In this document: piece by piece, positions 27,738 through 38,295 of the stretch | Position numbering within the stretch: position 1 is the first letter of the stretch | How the letters are laid out: each line of letters starts with the position of its first letter | IMG/VR virus record: IMGVR_UViG_3300025126_000012 | DNA length: 64,000 nt | Reading direction: 5' to 3' (one strand) | DNA from: an uncultured virus (IMG/VR IMGVR_UViG_3300025126_000012) | Taxonomy: Duplodnaviria; Heunggongvirae; Uroviricota; Caudoviricetes | Made by a program: the position numbers and the translations under genes | Notes under the pieces: model-generated | Seen by the model: only the letters and a program-made list of their open reading frames with translations | The model's database searches: none | What the model was told of the DNA's origin: nothing

Positions 27738-30047
27738 ATGGATGTCTCTCAAACAATTCTCTCTGAAATTACAATTTTTAACAAATATGCAAGATATATC
27801 CCTGAGCTAGCTAGACGAGAAACGTGGCAAGAGCTGTGCGAGCGCAACATGTCAATGCACATTAGTAAATATCCTATTCTTAAAAAAGAAATTAAACAAG
27901 TTTATTCTGACTTTGTTCTACCGAAAAAAGTATTGCCTTCTATGCGGTCTCTTCAATTCGGTGGCAATTCAATCGAATTGTCTAATAATCGTATGTATAA
28001 TTGTGCATATTTGCCAATAGAACATACCGATGCATTCTCGGAAACAATGTTTCTATTACTGGGCGGCACAGGGGTAGGTTTCGGTATTCAGAAGCACCAA
28101 ATCGCCAAATTACCAATCGTGATTGGGCCAAAAGATAAGACTCGAAGATTCTTAATCGGTGATTCCATTGAAGGCTGGGCGGATGCAATTAAGATTTTGG
28201 TTGAAGCTTATTTTTATAATAAGTCAGACCCTGTGTTTGATTATAGAGATATTCGTCATAAAGGAGCGCGTCTAGTTACATCTGGAGGTAAAGCACCCGG
28301 CCCTGCTCCCTTGCGTATTTGTATAGAACAAATACGATCGATATTGACTAATGCGACTGGCAGAAAGTTGCAACCAATTGAAGCACATGATATACAATGC
28401 CATATTGCTGATGCAGTTTTATCTGGTGGTATTCGTAGGGCTGCTATGATTTCATTGTTTTCACATGACGATATGGACATGTTATCTAGTAAATCCGGGG
28501 CTTGGTGGGAATTGAATCCATCCCGAGGTCGTGCTAATAATTCAGTTGTGCTAGATAGAAAAAATTTGACAGAAGAAGAATTTTTTGATATATGGGAACG
28601 TGTAGAAGAATCTGGAGCGGGGGAGCCAGGTATTTTCTGGACTAATGATATAGACTGGGGAACAAATCCTTGCTGTGTTTCAGGTGATACCAAAGTTCAA
28701 GTATCATTTAATGGTTGCCCAGTGCAAACAATGAAGTCGTCTGATGTTGTAGAATTAATTAAAGATGGTAATAAAGTTGATATACTTTCATGGAATGGCG
28801 ATACTGCCATTATGCAACATGTAATTGATGGGAGATTGACTAGAAAGAATGCAGAATTGGTTAAAGTTACTGATACAATTTCTAACAATCATATAATCTG
28901 TACTCCAGACCATCGAATATTTACAGAGAATAGGGGATATGTTAGAGCAGACGAATTGTTGTCAACTGATATTTTAAAAGAATACATGCCCCCCGATTCG
29001 ATAGAGCGTGTAAGATGCAAGAATAATATGATAGTAGTAGAAAAACTCAACTATGTAGAAGATGTATATGATTTTGAAGTAGAAGGGACTCATTGCTTTT
29101 ATGCGAATGACATTTTAGTTCATAACTGTGAAATTGCGCTGAACCCCTATCAATTCTGTAATGTTACAGAAATTAATGCATCTGATATTATAGACCAGGC
29201 AGATTTAAATTCGCGTGCAAAAGCGGCGGCATTTCTAGGAACATTGCAAGCAGGTTATACTGATTTTCATTATCTTAGGGCTGAATGGGAAGAAACAACC
29301 AAACGTGAAGCATTGATTGGTGTTGGTATGACTGGTATTGCATCCGGCGCAGTATTAAACCTAGACCTGCGCGCAGCCGCGGCGGCAGTTAAAGAAGAAA
29401 ATATTCGAGTAGCTGATTTGATTGGTGTCAATCATGCCGCTCGCAATACTACTATAAAACCGAGTGGCACTACGAGCTGCGTGCTGGGGTCTTCATCCGG
29501 CATACATGCATGGCATAATGAGTTCTACGTCCGCAGGATGCGGGTAGGTAAGAATGAACCATTGTATTCATACATGAAAGATAATTTTCCTGATTTAGTA
29601 GAAGACTGCTATCATAAACCACACATTGAAGCTGTGATGTCGTTCCCTCAAAAAGCTCCAACTGGTTCAATTGTCCGAAGCGAATCATTTATGAACTTGC
29701 TAGAACGAGTCAAACGATTCAATATCGAATGGGTGCATGAGGGACATGTTGATGGAAAAAATTATCACAATGTATCTTGCACAATCTCATTGAAAGCAAA
29801 GGAATGGGGCAAATGTGGTAGATGGATGTGGAAAAATCGAGATTTCTACACTGGAATTTCTGTTCTTCCGTACGATGGTGGGACTTATATCCAGGCGCCA
29901 TTTGAAGATATTACTGAAGAAAAATATAATGAAATGATAAAAATTCTTCAACACAATATTGACTTAAGTAATGTTATTGAACATGATGATAATACTACAC
30001 TAAAAGAACAGGTTGCCTGCGCGGGTGGGCAGTGTGAATTGCACTAA
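27738..30047 (+). CDS. nrdJ: Class II (B12-dependent) ribonucleotide reductase containing a cis mini-intein
   Basis: LPSMR, YNC, GGTGVG, RRAA, TNPC/CEI, TIKPSGT, C-terminal CAGGQC. Confidence 0.92.
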   Translation: MDVSQTILSEITIFNKYARYIPELARRETWQELCERNMSMHISKYPILKKEIKQVYSDFVLPKKVLPSMRSLQFGGNSIELSNNRMYNCAYLPIEHTDAFSETMFLLLGGTGVGFGIQKHQIAKLPIVIGPKDKTRRFLIGDSIEGWADAIKILVEAYFYNKSDPVFDYRDIRHKGARLVTSGGKAPGPAPLRICIEQIRSILTNATGRKLQPIEAHDIQCHIADAVLSGGIRRAAMISLFSHDDMDMLSSKSGAWWELNPSRGRANNSVVLDRKNLTEEEFFDIWERVEESGAGEPGIFWTNDIDWGTNPCCVSGDTKVQVSFNGCPVQTMKSSDVVELIKDGNKVDILSWNGDTAIMQHVIDGRLTRKNAELVKVTDTISNNHIICTPDHRIFTENRGYVRADELLSTDILKEYMPPDSIERVRCKNNMIVVEKLNYVEDVYDFEVEGTHCFYANDILVHNCEIALNPYQFCNVTEINASDIIDQADLNSRAKAAAFLGTLQAGYTDFHYLRAEWEETTKREALIGVGMTGIASGAVLNLDLRAAAAAVKEENIRVADLIGVNHAARNTTIKPSGTTSCVLGSSSGIHAWHNEFYVRRMRVGKNEPLYSYMKDNFPDLVEDCYHKPHIEAVMSFPQKAPTGSIVRSESFMNLLERVKRFNIEWVHEGHVDGKNYHNVSCTISLKAKEWGKCGRWMWKNRDFYTGISVLPYDGGTYIQAPFEDITEEKYNEMIKILQHNIDLSNVIEHDDNTTLKEQVACAGGQCELH
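28674..29126 (+). mobile_element. Mini-intein (151 aa, no endonuclease) in nrdJ
   Basis: CVSGDT ... CTPDH ... VYDFEVEGTHCFYANDILVHN/C. Confidence 0.92.
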
Positions 30048-30246
30048 ATTAGATTGGCCTGATTTAAAATTCGGGCCAATCAATTTGTGGTCTATGCCAC
30101 CAGCAGCGTGGTTTTACATGACGCCGGCCGAAAAACACAGAGAAGTTTATGAGGCCTCCGCGAAACCCCCCTTGCTTTGGGGAGGGGTGAATGTCAAGAG
30201 CTGACCCGTGAGTATCGAGGTTTGAATTCAACTGCAGAGTTCAAGT

Positions 30247-30684
30247 TCAAGGCGTAATTTTCTCCAATTCCGATTGTAGGTTTGGTGTTTTTGCAAACCA
30301 CGACCTTTGTATCCTAGACCTAATGTTACCATTGTAACATTTTGGGTCAAATAGAGCACCTGTAACATGTAGAAAATACTCTTCCGAGTAAGTCAATGCT
30401 GCTTTTGTACTAACAAATAATAGTATTTCTCGTTTGAAATTTAATTTGCCTTCTTTTTCGACTGTCTCGATTAATTTTGGCGATGAACTCCAATACTCCG
30501 CCCAATCAGATTCTTTTCGTATCTTTTTCTTTTTGCCATTTATGGTTTTAGTCGCCGCGCGGGTGAGTAATTTTCTTCCGATATACCACATACCGTCAAT
30601 CTCATTTGTTATCTTGTAGATAAATCCTATTGAATTTGCCGGTATATCTTCTGTTTTCAGTTCTTTTTTATTAAAAAACCACAT
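30247..30684 (-). CDS. GIY-YIG family endonuclease (endonuclease II-like)
   Basis: GFIYKITN....YIGRK, SDW..YWSS, F.REIL, YNGNI. Confidence 0.8.
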   Translation of the reverse strand: MWFFNKKELKTEDIPANSIGFIYKITNEIDGMWYIGRKLLTRAATKTINGKKKKIRKESDWAEYWSSSPKLIETVEKEGKLNFKREILLFVSTKAALTYSEEYFLHVTGALFDPKCYNGNIRSRIQRSWFAKTPNLQSELEKITP

Positions 30685-30864
30685 AATTTATTTATTTCCT
30701 GTACCATTTGATTGTTATTTATCTATGGCAATGACGATTATTTAGAAGGGATGCACAATAATTGAAGAATGGGTTCACTAAGTCATTGATATTTAATGAT
30801 ATTTGACAATTAATTAAAATTCTATATAATAGATTATGTTGATTAACTTGAAGAGGTAAATGTC

Positions 30865-31164
30865 ATGAATAAAGCACAGACAATTCTCAATCAAATCAAA
30901 TCTGGTACAGATGGGTATAATAAGGGAATCGTGCTCATGATGTGTTGGGGTTTTAACAAACCAACAAGTACTTTGAATGGCCTGAAGTTCAATGTCAAAG
31001 GCAAAAAATTAATCGGCAAAGTTGAAGTAAATTACAATGAGGGGTCAGATTTATACGATTTGGTATTTTCAAATCGAGTTGGTAGAATGATGAACACTGT
31101 TACTGATGTTTATGCCGAAGATTTAACTCGAATTATCGATTCAGTCGTAGAAAGTGGTAAATGA
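30865..31164 (+). CDS. Hypothetical early protein
   Basis: Follows an early promoter; GAGG RBS. Confidence 0.7.
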   Translation: MNKAQTILNQIKSGTDGYNKGIVLMMCWGFNKPTSTLNGLKFNVKGKKLIGKVEVNYNEGSDLYDLVFSNRVGRMMNTVTDVYAEDLTRIIDSVVESGK

Positions 31165-31379
31165 AAGTAATAGCTGACTATGTTGCCGTGTTGGGAGCAG
31201 TTTCTGGTTCTACTGTTATTTCTCTCAACATTGGAATAAACGAGGTAGGGTTTGTATTGTTTTTGCTTTCTAGCATAGCTACTATTTATTTGTTGCATAT
31301 CTCGGATGCATCTAAATCTGTGCATTTTATTACATTTTATTTTTTAATTGCCAATATAATTGGTATAATCAGAGCATGA
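31161..31379 (+). CDS. Small membrane protein
   Basis: Three hydrophobic segments. Confidence 0.6.
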   Translation: MKVIADYVAVLGAVSGSTVISLNIGINEVGFVLFLLSSIATIYLLHISDASKSVHFITFYFLIANIIGIIRA

Positions 31380-31389
31380 GGAGAAACTA

Positions 31390-31791
31390 ATGGGAACACG
31401 TTCTATCACAAAAATTCAAGATCAGTCCGGCATCGTTTACGTATGTATGTATCGACAATACGATGGCTATCTTAGTGGGCACGGCAAAGAATTATATGAT
31501 TTTTTAAGCGGTATTATATTAGTAAATGGATTCAATTCTGAAACTAAGGCTATGGCAGCAAATGGCATAGGATGTTTATCCGCGCAGATGATTGCCCACT
31601 TTAAAACTGAAATTGGGCAATTCTATATTGAACCGTCAACGACATCTCAAATAGAAGAATACAATTATACCGTAATTGTAGATAAACTGACTGGTGATAT
31701 TAGAATTGAAGTTAGCGATTATCTTAATAAAGTGTTCTTTGCCGGCACTTTACCGCAATTTTTAGTATACATCCTAGAAAGCGGTGATTGA
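31390..31791 (+). CDS. Hypothetical protein
   Basis: MGTRS..Y.QYDGY..GHG motif; GAGGAG RBS. Confidence 0.7.
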   Translation: MGTRSITKIQDQSGIVYVCMYRQYDGYLSGHGKELYDFLSGIILVNGFNSETKAMAANGIGCLSAQMIAHFKTEIGQFYIEPSTTSQIEEYNYTVIVDKLTGDIRIEVSDYLNKVFFAGTLPQFLVYILESGD

Positions 31792-32074
31792 TATGTTCCC
31801 AATTAGATTGAACTCAAAAAAGGGGCTTGAACAGTTCAATATACTCTCCGAGCAATTGCAATTTTACAAAAAAATTAACAGAGAAACTGAATTTCGGATT
31901 CGTTGCCAGCAAGACTGGAAGTATCAAGTGGATTATTTGGGATTCTTTTTGGAAGATGATAAGATGGCTAAAGAGTTTCCTATGAATGATGACGATATTG
32001 ATAATTTTGCATTATTTAATGAACAATCTGATGTTTGTACATGTCTCCGATATTTTGGTGGTGGAGTAATGTAA
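31784..32074 (+). CDS. Hypothetical protein
   Basis: ORF only. Confidence 0.45.
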   Translation: MIDMFPIRLNSKKGLEQFNILSEQLQFYKKINRETEFRIRCQQDWKYQVDYLGFFLEDDKMAKEFPMNDDDIDNFALFNEQSDVCTCLRYFGGGVM

Positions 32075-32107
32075 TGATTGCTTTCAGTACACTGAAAGGA
32101 ATATTGT

Positions 32108-32560
32108 ATGGATGATACCCGAATAATAGAAGATGTATATGCAGAAAAACGAAAGAAAGCAATCGAATATCTGGGCGAAAATTGGCTGTTGCATCCTAAG
32201 TACAAAGTCAATAAAAAGCATTCTGTATATACAGAAGAAACAAAAGAATTAACTGTAAAACAAACTAAATCGTATTCAACTGAAAGTTTAAAGGAGATAA
32301 TTATGGAAAACAATACCGCTTTACTTAAAACCAATTTACAGGAAGGTGTAGTAGAAGTAAAATTCACTAAACGCAATGGTGATATTCGTGTGATGAAGTG
32401 TACTTTGAATTTTGCACTAATTCCAACAGAACACCAACCATCGACTTCCGGTACAAGCAAAGATGATTCAAAGAATACTTCACTTCCTGTATTTGATATT
32501 GATAATCAGGAATGGAGGTCATTCATTTTTGATAAGGTAATAGAATGGAAGAAATGTTGA
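32108..32560 (+). CDS. WYL_2/SH3-like protein; probable second start at 32303
   Basis: V.FTK.NG..R.M.CTL, VFD....WRSF; AAGGAG before the internal ATG. Confidence 0.65.
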   Translation: MDDTRIIEDVYAEKRKKAIEYLGENWLLHPKYKVNKKHSVYTEETKELTVKQTKSYSTESLKEIIMENNTALLKTNLQEGVVEVKFTKRNGDIRVMKCTLNFALIPTEHQPSTSGTSKDDSKNTSLPVFDIDNQEWRSFIFDKVIEWKKC

Positions 32561-32890
32561 TTAAGACATTGTTTATCATTATTTGACATTTAATTACTAT
32601 ATGTTATAATTATTATGAATTATCATAAAGGTGAATGAGATGATTAAAGACGAAAAGTGTTATACAAAGAAATGTGATGTAATGTCTGCTTCATACAAAT
32701 TCTGGTTGAATGCCGCGATGATTCAGGAAAAGGCTGGCAATCAAAAAACAGCTGAAATATTTTTCAATTTGGCAGAGATGTATAGTCACGATTACGATTT
32801 ATGCACCTGAATTGCGAATAAATTGTATAATTTTTGACACCCGTGGTTTAATGTATTGAAATGATTATCTATCACTAAAAAGGACATAAA

Positions 32891-33157
32891 ATGACAAAAG
32901 ACGTTATCATCCCAACATCGCCTGCGGACCAAGAAACTATCCTCGATGCAATGAAAGAAGCAGATGATTCTTTGCAACGTATTGAATCTGAAAAAGAGCA
33001 AGTGAAAGCAATCGTGGATACTCTTTCAGAAAAGTTCGAAGGATTAAACAAGAAATATATCCGCAAATTGATTATGACTTATCACAAGCAAAATTTTGAT
33101 AAGATGACGGCAGAATCAGAAGATTTTGTAGAACTGTACGAAGCAATTGTAAAATGA
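32891..33157 (+). CDS. dsbA: dsDNA-binding protein DsbA-like
   Basis: KE....RIE.EK...K.I, K...RKL...YHKQ.F......F.ELY. Confidence 0.8.
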   Translation: MTKDVIIPTSPADQETILDAMKEADDSLQRIESEKEQVKAIVDTLSEKFEGLNKKYIRKLIMTYHKQNFDKMTAESEDFVELYEAIVK

Positions 33158-33204
33158 TTAGGTTGAAATTCTAATAATTATTTTACAGAATAAGGAATTA
33201 TAAG

Positions 33205-34296
33205 ATGGCTAGAACTGCTTCAGCTAAAGGTAGAGAAATTCTTAAATCTAAGGAAAAGTATCCTGAATTTAATATAATGGATTACGATATTTCGCTTCGT
33301 TCAAATCTGTTTTATTATACGTCAGAGGTGGATGATAATAAAAAGAAAAAACAATGGACTCTTGACTATTGGAAAAGTCTAAAAAAAGACATTTCGTCAG
33401 TATCGAAGATACCAGATTCTTATTTCTCTACCTCGGGGGCAGTGGCTCACATGATATATGTGAGAGAATTGCCGCTGGAAGCAAAAGACGTATCTTATCT
33501 CGATAAAAAATATATTGAATTTTCTTCAAAGCCTGCCGGGAAAGAGGAACAATTAGAGGAAATTATTTCAGAAAAAAATAGGCGGAAACAAGTGCAAGAA
33601 GCTGCGGTATTTAGTAAACATATAACAGAATTTGATATTGCTATTGATTCATATCTGGATGGCAAAACATTCGATGCTAAGAGTTATCTCATCCGCAATA
33701 ATATTAAACCAGGTACTAGCAAACATATAGCAGACCATATCAAACCAATATTAAAAGAAATCAAAGAAGCAATAAATGGAAAAGATGCACAGTTGATAGA
33801 AGCATATTCATTTTTAACAAAACGCAAATTAATTAAATATTATGAATATATCCAGTCGTTGTCAACTGCATGTGATGTTGCAACCGCGATAGTAAAAGCA
33901 TCAAAAAAACCAAAAACTACTAAAATTAAACCTCCCGGCGAATTAGTAAAAAAGGCAAAATGGTTAATATCTGATGCGACATCTAAACTAAAATCAGAGC
34001 ACCCAAGTAAGATAGTCAATAGCACCGAAGTTTGGTTATATAATGCAAAAAATCGGCGTTTATTTAAATATGTTTCGCTCAATGGGATGAAATTAACGGT
34101 TAAAGGCACCACGATTTTAAATGTCAATACAGAAAAATCTGGTGGCAAGATTATTAGAAAGCCTGAAGTAACATTAAATGGTATACAATCTTTGAGTAGT
34201 CGACCATTGAATAAACTTTATAATGACATCAGAGGAACAGAATCTAAGGCAGTAGGCAGGTTGAATGAAGACACAATAATTGTCAAATGTATATGA
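33205..34296 (+). CDS. Conserved hypothetical protein
   Basis: Long ORF with RBS; C-terminal L.VKGTT..RKPE..GRLNEDT. Confidence 0.7.
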   Translation: MARTASAKGREILKSKEKYPEFNIMDYDISLRSNLFYYTSEVDDNKKKKQWTLDYWKSLKKDISSVSKIPDSYFSTSGAVAHMIYVRELPLEAKDVSYLDKKYIEFSSKPAGKEEQLEEIISEKNRRKQVQEAAVFSKHITEFDIAIDSYLDGKTFDAKSYLIRNNIKPGTSKHIADHIKPILKEIKEAINGKDAQLIEAYSFLTKRKLIKYYEYIQSLSTACDVATAIVKASKKPKTTKIKPPGELVKKAKWLISDATSKLKSEHPSKIVNSTEVWLYNAKNRRLFKYVSLNGMKLTVKGTTILNVNTEKSGGKIIRKPEVTLNGIQSLSSRPLNKLYNDIRGTESKAVGRLNEDTIIVKCI

Positions 34297-34379
34297 TGCC
34301 GCGGTTTCTTTACTGAAAACGGCACACCAAGGAAAACAATAAAAATCAAAGGCAAGAAATAACTACAAGGAGAATTGAC

Positions 34380-34649
34380 ATGGCAGCTACAGAAAAGCAA
34401 ATATTAGCATTAATGAGAGCTAGAGAAGCTAGACGGCTAAATTCATTAAATAAAAAAGATACAACAAAGAAAAGTGAAAATAAGACTGATGTAACTACTG
34501 CTGCGGGCTTGTCAATCGATTCAGAAGTATGGGTGAAAGGACTTATCGCAGCGCTGCATACTAGAGATGTGAAGCATGAAGGAGATGTTGCAGCTTGTAC
34601 TAAACTTGCTGATGCGGTCTTGACTGCATTCAAAGAAAGATTCAAATGA
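34380..34649 (+). CDS. Hypothetical protein
   Basis: AAGGAG RBS. Confidence 0.65.
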   Translation: MAATEKQILALMRAREARRLNSLNKKDTTKKSENKTDVTTAAGLSIDSEVWVKGLIAALHTRDVKHEGDVAACTKLADAVLTAFKERFK

Positions 34650-35539
34650 GCATTGTCCTGTGTGACTTTAGTCAAATGGTTATATCTTCTGTTGCTGCTA
34701 ATGCTAAAGAATTTAAGGAAGGTGATGAAAAGAATCTAATTAAACATATTGCATTGAATCAATTGTTAGCATTAAAAAGACGCTTCAATGGTAAAGTAAT
34801 TCTTTGTTGTGATGGTAGAAACTATTGGAGAAAGACAGAATTTCAGTGGTATAAAGGTCATAGAAAACATAATAGGGCTGCTACTGGGTTAGATTGGGAA
34901 ATAGTATTTGAAACATTAAATGAACTCATTGAGGAACTTAAAGAAAATTTTCAATATATTGTGCTTAAAATTGATACCGCAGAAGCAGATGATATAATCG
35001 CATGTCTCGTCAAATATTTCGACGAAAACGAATTAGTAAATACTGGATTAATCGATGAGCCAGATGCTATTATAATTTCTTCTACTGACCACGATTTTCA
35101 ACAATTGCAGGCATATAGAAATGTGTCGCAGTGGAATAATGTAATGAAAAAACATTTGGTATGTAAGAATCCAAAACAATTCCTCATAGAACATATATGT
35201 ATTGGCGATGCAGGGGATAATATACCGTCAATTGTAAATGGAGACAATTGGGCTAGAGATAGAGCAGATAATGTAGCTACCAGAGCAAAACCATTTAAAA
35301 CAGCGAGATTCAAAGAATTTTATGACAAAGGATATGATGCATGCTTGAATGAAGAGGAACAGCGCAATTTTCGCAGGAATGAAAAGTTGATAGATTTTGA
35401 TTTTATTCCAAACCAGATATATAATAATATTATATCTGAATATATGAATTATAAAATCCTCGGCAACAAAGCCAAGGTATTCAATTATCTTAATGCACAC
35501 AGAATGAAATTGTTGCTGAATTCAGCATCTGATTTTTAA
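34646..35539 (+). CDS. rnh: RNase H (5'-3' exonuclease)
   Basis: DFSQ, YWR..F..YK..R, EADDII, S.D.DF.QL, GD.GDNIP. Confidence 0.94.
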   Translation: MSIVLCDFSQMVISSVAANAKEFKEGDEKNLIKHIALNQLLALKRRFNGKVILCCDGRNYWRKTEFQWYKGHRKHNRAATGLDWEIVFETLNELIEELKENFQYIVLKIDTAEADDIIACLVKYFDENELVNTGLIDEPDAIIISSTDHDFQQLQAYRNVSQWNNVMKKHLVCKNPKQFLIEHICIGDAGDNIPSIVNGDNWARDRADNVATRAKPFKTARFKEFYDKGYDACLNEEEQRNFRRNEKLIDFDFIPNQIYNNIISEYMNYKILGNKAKVFNYLNAHRMKLLLNSASDF

Positions 35540-35553
35540 CAAAGGAGAAACAA

Positions 35554-36015
35554 ATGACTGTAATCAACGGCAGAATAGTAAAACCAATTCATTGTTATGA
35601 ACAATTGGATACAATTGAAAAAGAGAAAGACGAACCACTGAAATTGAAACTCATCAAAGAATATGGAAGCCGACCCCCTTTGAATTTTATTCTCTCATTA
35701 AATTTCAACAATAGCGTTAAATTAGATTTGCCGGAAGGTATGCCACCAATAGATGCAAAAAAGCTGGATATGCTAACTCATCCAGATTTTATGGGCCAAC
35801 TTGGCTCAACAATTGCAAGATTGAAACACTGTACAGTAGACAGCGATTTAAAGAAGTTCAAAAAGGAACAGATTTTCTATGAGGTTCTTATTAATTGCCC
35901 ATTGAAGGATGCTGAGATTCTTTGCTCTGCAAAAGATAAAGCGCTGACAGAATTGTATCCATCTGTAACGGCTGAATTAGTTTCAAAGGTGTTTCCTAAC
36001 TATGTGAAAGCTTGA
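35554..36015 (+). CDS. Conserved hypothetical protein
   Basis: LPEG.PP, KKEQIF, DAEIL...KDK; follows rnh. Confidence 0.7.
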   Translation: MTVINGRIVKPIHCYEQLDTIEKEKDEPLKLKLIKEYGSRPPLNFILSLNFNNSVKLDLPEGMPPIDAKKLDMLTHPDFMGQLGSTIARLKHCTVDSDLKKFKKEQIFYEVLINCPLKDAEILCSAKDKALTELYPSVTAELVSKVFPNYVKA

Positions 36016-36087
36016 TAACCTCCTCCACCTAAAGGAGATGTTCCGGCGGCGTGCACTAAATAAAATACATGTAGAGAGACTAACTTA

Positions 36088-36378
36088 ATGCCAACATATA
36101 CCTATTTCTGCAATAAATGTGGTCACGAATTCGATTCATTTTCTAAAATATCAGATAGAAAAAAACCAGAGAGCGAAGCTTGCCCATCGTGTAATGATGT
36201 AAATTGTATCTATCAAAGATTAACTGCCCCAAGTATAACACTCTCAATTGGAATATCTAAGGCTACAAAGAATAGTTTAAATGGGTCTAAATTTCAAGAA
36301 AAACTAAATCAAATTCATAGAGACACCCCTGGCTCTCAACTCAATACATCCTCGACGATAGTGGATGTCAAAGGATGA
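36088..36378 (+). CDS. FmdB-family zinc-ribbon protein
   Basis: MPTY.Y.C..CGH.F..CP.C. Confidence 0.8.
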   Translation: MPTYTYFCNKCGHEFDSFSKISDRKKPESEACPSCNDVNCIYQRLTAPSITLSIGISKATKNSLNGSKFQEKLNQIHRDTPGSQLNTSSTIVDVKG

Positions 36379-37043
36379 TTTTCGCTCACTCTCCATTACT
36401 TAAAGCTAATTTGGAGAGAATCGATTCTCCAACCGGCAGATTATATGTTACACCAGAAGGAAACAAATACGAATCTGTTACTACTTGGTTGTCTAGAATA
36501 TCGGATAAATCTTGGATAGAAGAGTGGAAAAAGAATGTAGGCGAAGATGTAGCTAAAAAAACTTTAGAAAGAGCCTCAAAAAGAGGTACTAGACTACATG
36601 AGAACATAGAACATTATCTAAAAAATGAAAAAGTAGAAAAGCTTTCTATGCTGGATGGGATATTGTTCAAACCACTGGCTATTATAGCAGATTCACATAT
36701 TACTGATATTCACGCACTGGAATACCCACTTTATTCAGATGTAATGAAACTTGCAGGAACAGTAGATTGTGTCGCTAATTATGATGGGGTAATAGCTCTC
36801 ATAGATTTTAAAACATCAAAAAATAGAAAATCAAAAGAAGACATAAGTAGCTATTTTTTACAGACTTCCATTTATAGCATAATGATTCAGGAAATGTATG
36901 GTTTAAAAATCGATAAAATGGTTATTTTAATGGCGGTCGATAATGAAAATAAAGTATTAGTATTTGAGGAAAGTAGAAAAAATTGGTTGAATGTTTTGGT
37001 AAATAAACTAAAGGAATTTCCTACAAAAAATGAAAAAAGATAA
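36375..37043 (+). CDS. PD-(D/E)XK exonuclease
   Basis: SVTT, RGT.LH, AG.VD, IDFKTS, Y.LQ..Y. Confidence 0.88.
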   Translation: MIFAHSPLLKANLERIDSPTGRLYVTPEGNKYESVTTWLSRISDKSWIEEWKKNVGEDVAKKTLERASKRGTRLHENIEHYLKNEKVEKLSMLDGILFKPLAIIADSHITDIHALEYPLYSDVMKLAGTVDCVANYDGVIALIDFKTSKNRKSKEDISSYFLQTSIYSIMIQEMYGLKIDKMVILMAVDNENKVLVFEESRKNWLNVLVNKLKEFPTKNEKR

Positions 37044-37593
37044 AGAAGATGACAACCGTTATGAACCACAAATCGCCAATATTTATTTACTCTTCGAGAA
37101 CATTGATAATGATTCTGCCAGTAGAGTGTGCGAATGGATATTACATAATAATTACGTAAATAATCCCCAACCGGATTTTCTTAATTTAATTATCAATAGC
37201 CCGGGCGGGTCATTATTGGATGCATATGCGATTATTGACATTATGGAAAGTTCAAGAATTCCCGTTAGGACGATAGGACTTGGGTGTGTACAGAGCGCTG
37301 GATTAATGGTTTTTTTAGCGGGAGAAAAAGGACACAGAATTCTAACCCCAAATACTTCTATCATGAGTCACCAGTATTCGTGGTGCGCAGAAGGAAAGCA
37401 TAATGAACTTATTGCAATCAACAAAGAATACGAACTGACGTATTCTAGAATGTTGAATCACTACAAAAAATATACAAAGTTATCGATAACTAATATCAAA
37501 AAATACCTCTTGCCATCGGAAGACATGTATCTATCGGCAGAGGAAGCACTGAATTATAAAATATGCGATAAAATTTCATTATTGAACACTTGA
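37030..37593 (+). CDS. ClpP-like protease subunit
   Basis: INSPGG, G...SAG, M.HQ, YLSAEEAL...ICD. Confidence 0.88.
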   Translation: MKKDKEDDNRYEPQIANIYLLFENIDNDSASRVCEWILHNNYVNNPQPDFLNLIINSPGGSLLDAYAIIDIMESSRIPVRTIGLGCVQSAGLMVFLAGEKGHRILTPNTSIMSHQYSWCAEGKHNELIAINKEYELTYSRMLNHYKKYTKLSITNIKKYLLPSEDMYLSAEEALNYKICDKISLLNT

Positions 37594-37610
37594 ACAACAT
37601 GGAGAAGAAA

Positions 37611-37784
37611 ATGAAAGAACTTGAAGTTGAAAATGCCGGAGACACATACTGGTTTCTGAACGGCCAACTTCACCGTGAAGACGGTCCTGCGATTGAATCT
37701 GTTCTCGGAACCAAATATTGGTATCTGGATGATGTAGAATACACCGAAGCAGAATTCAATGCAAAGATGAAGACTGAAAAGTAA
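37611..37784 (+). CDS. REDGPA-repeat protein B1 (1 repeat; tail cut off by TAA)
   Basis: Tail DNA continues in frame to 37841. Confidence 0.75.
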   Translation: MKELEVENAGDTYWFLNGQLHREDGPAIESVLGTKYWYLDDVEYTEAEFNAKMKTEK

Positions 37785-37919
37785 TTGTCTGTTGCTGACA
37801 TCGAAAAGTTACTTGGGTTTAAAGTGAAGATTGTTAAGTAATTGATTTATTTCGGCATTTGACATTTAATTGAGTCGTGGTATAATGTATACATCAATTA
37901 AACAACACGGAGAAACAAA

Positions 37920-38225
37920 ATGAAAACATACGAAGTCGAGGTTCATGCTAATGGAAACAAATTCTGGTATCTGAACGGCAAGCGGAACCGCGAAGACGGC
38001 TCAACGATTGAATATGCTAATGGAGACAAAGTCTGGTTCAAAGCTGGTAAACTTCACCGTGAAGACGGTCCTGCTGTGGAATATGCTAATGGAGACAACT
38101 ACTGGTATCTGAATGGGGTAGAATACACCGAAGCAGAATTCAATGCAAAGATGCATCCTGCGAAGGAATTATCTGTTGCTGACATCGAAAAACTACTCGG
38201 TTTTAAAGTGAAGGTTGTTAAGTGA
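37920..38225 (+). CDS. REDGPA-repeat protein B2 (2 repeats plus tail)
   Basis: Same family; has its own promoter. Confidence 0.85.
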   Translation: MKTYEVEVHANGNKFWYLNGKRNREDGSTIEYANGDKVWFKAGKLHREDGPAVEYANGDNYWYLNGVEYTEAEFNAKMHPAKELSVADIEKLLGFKVKVVK

Positions 38226-38295
38226 TTGATTCATTTGGTCATTTGACATTTAATTGAGTCGTGATATACATCAATTAAACAACATGGTGAAGAAA

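Noticed and set aside
30013..30204. Track ORF overlapping the nrdJ end
   Set aside because: No recognisable motif and weak start; the 3' part is better explained as an IS-end-like hairpin. A small ORF cannot be fully excluded
36375..37043. Cas4 of a CRISPR system
   Set aside because: No Fe-S cysteine cluster and no cas context; ordinary phage PD-(D/E)XK exonuclease
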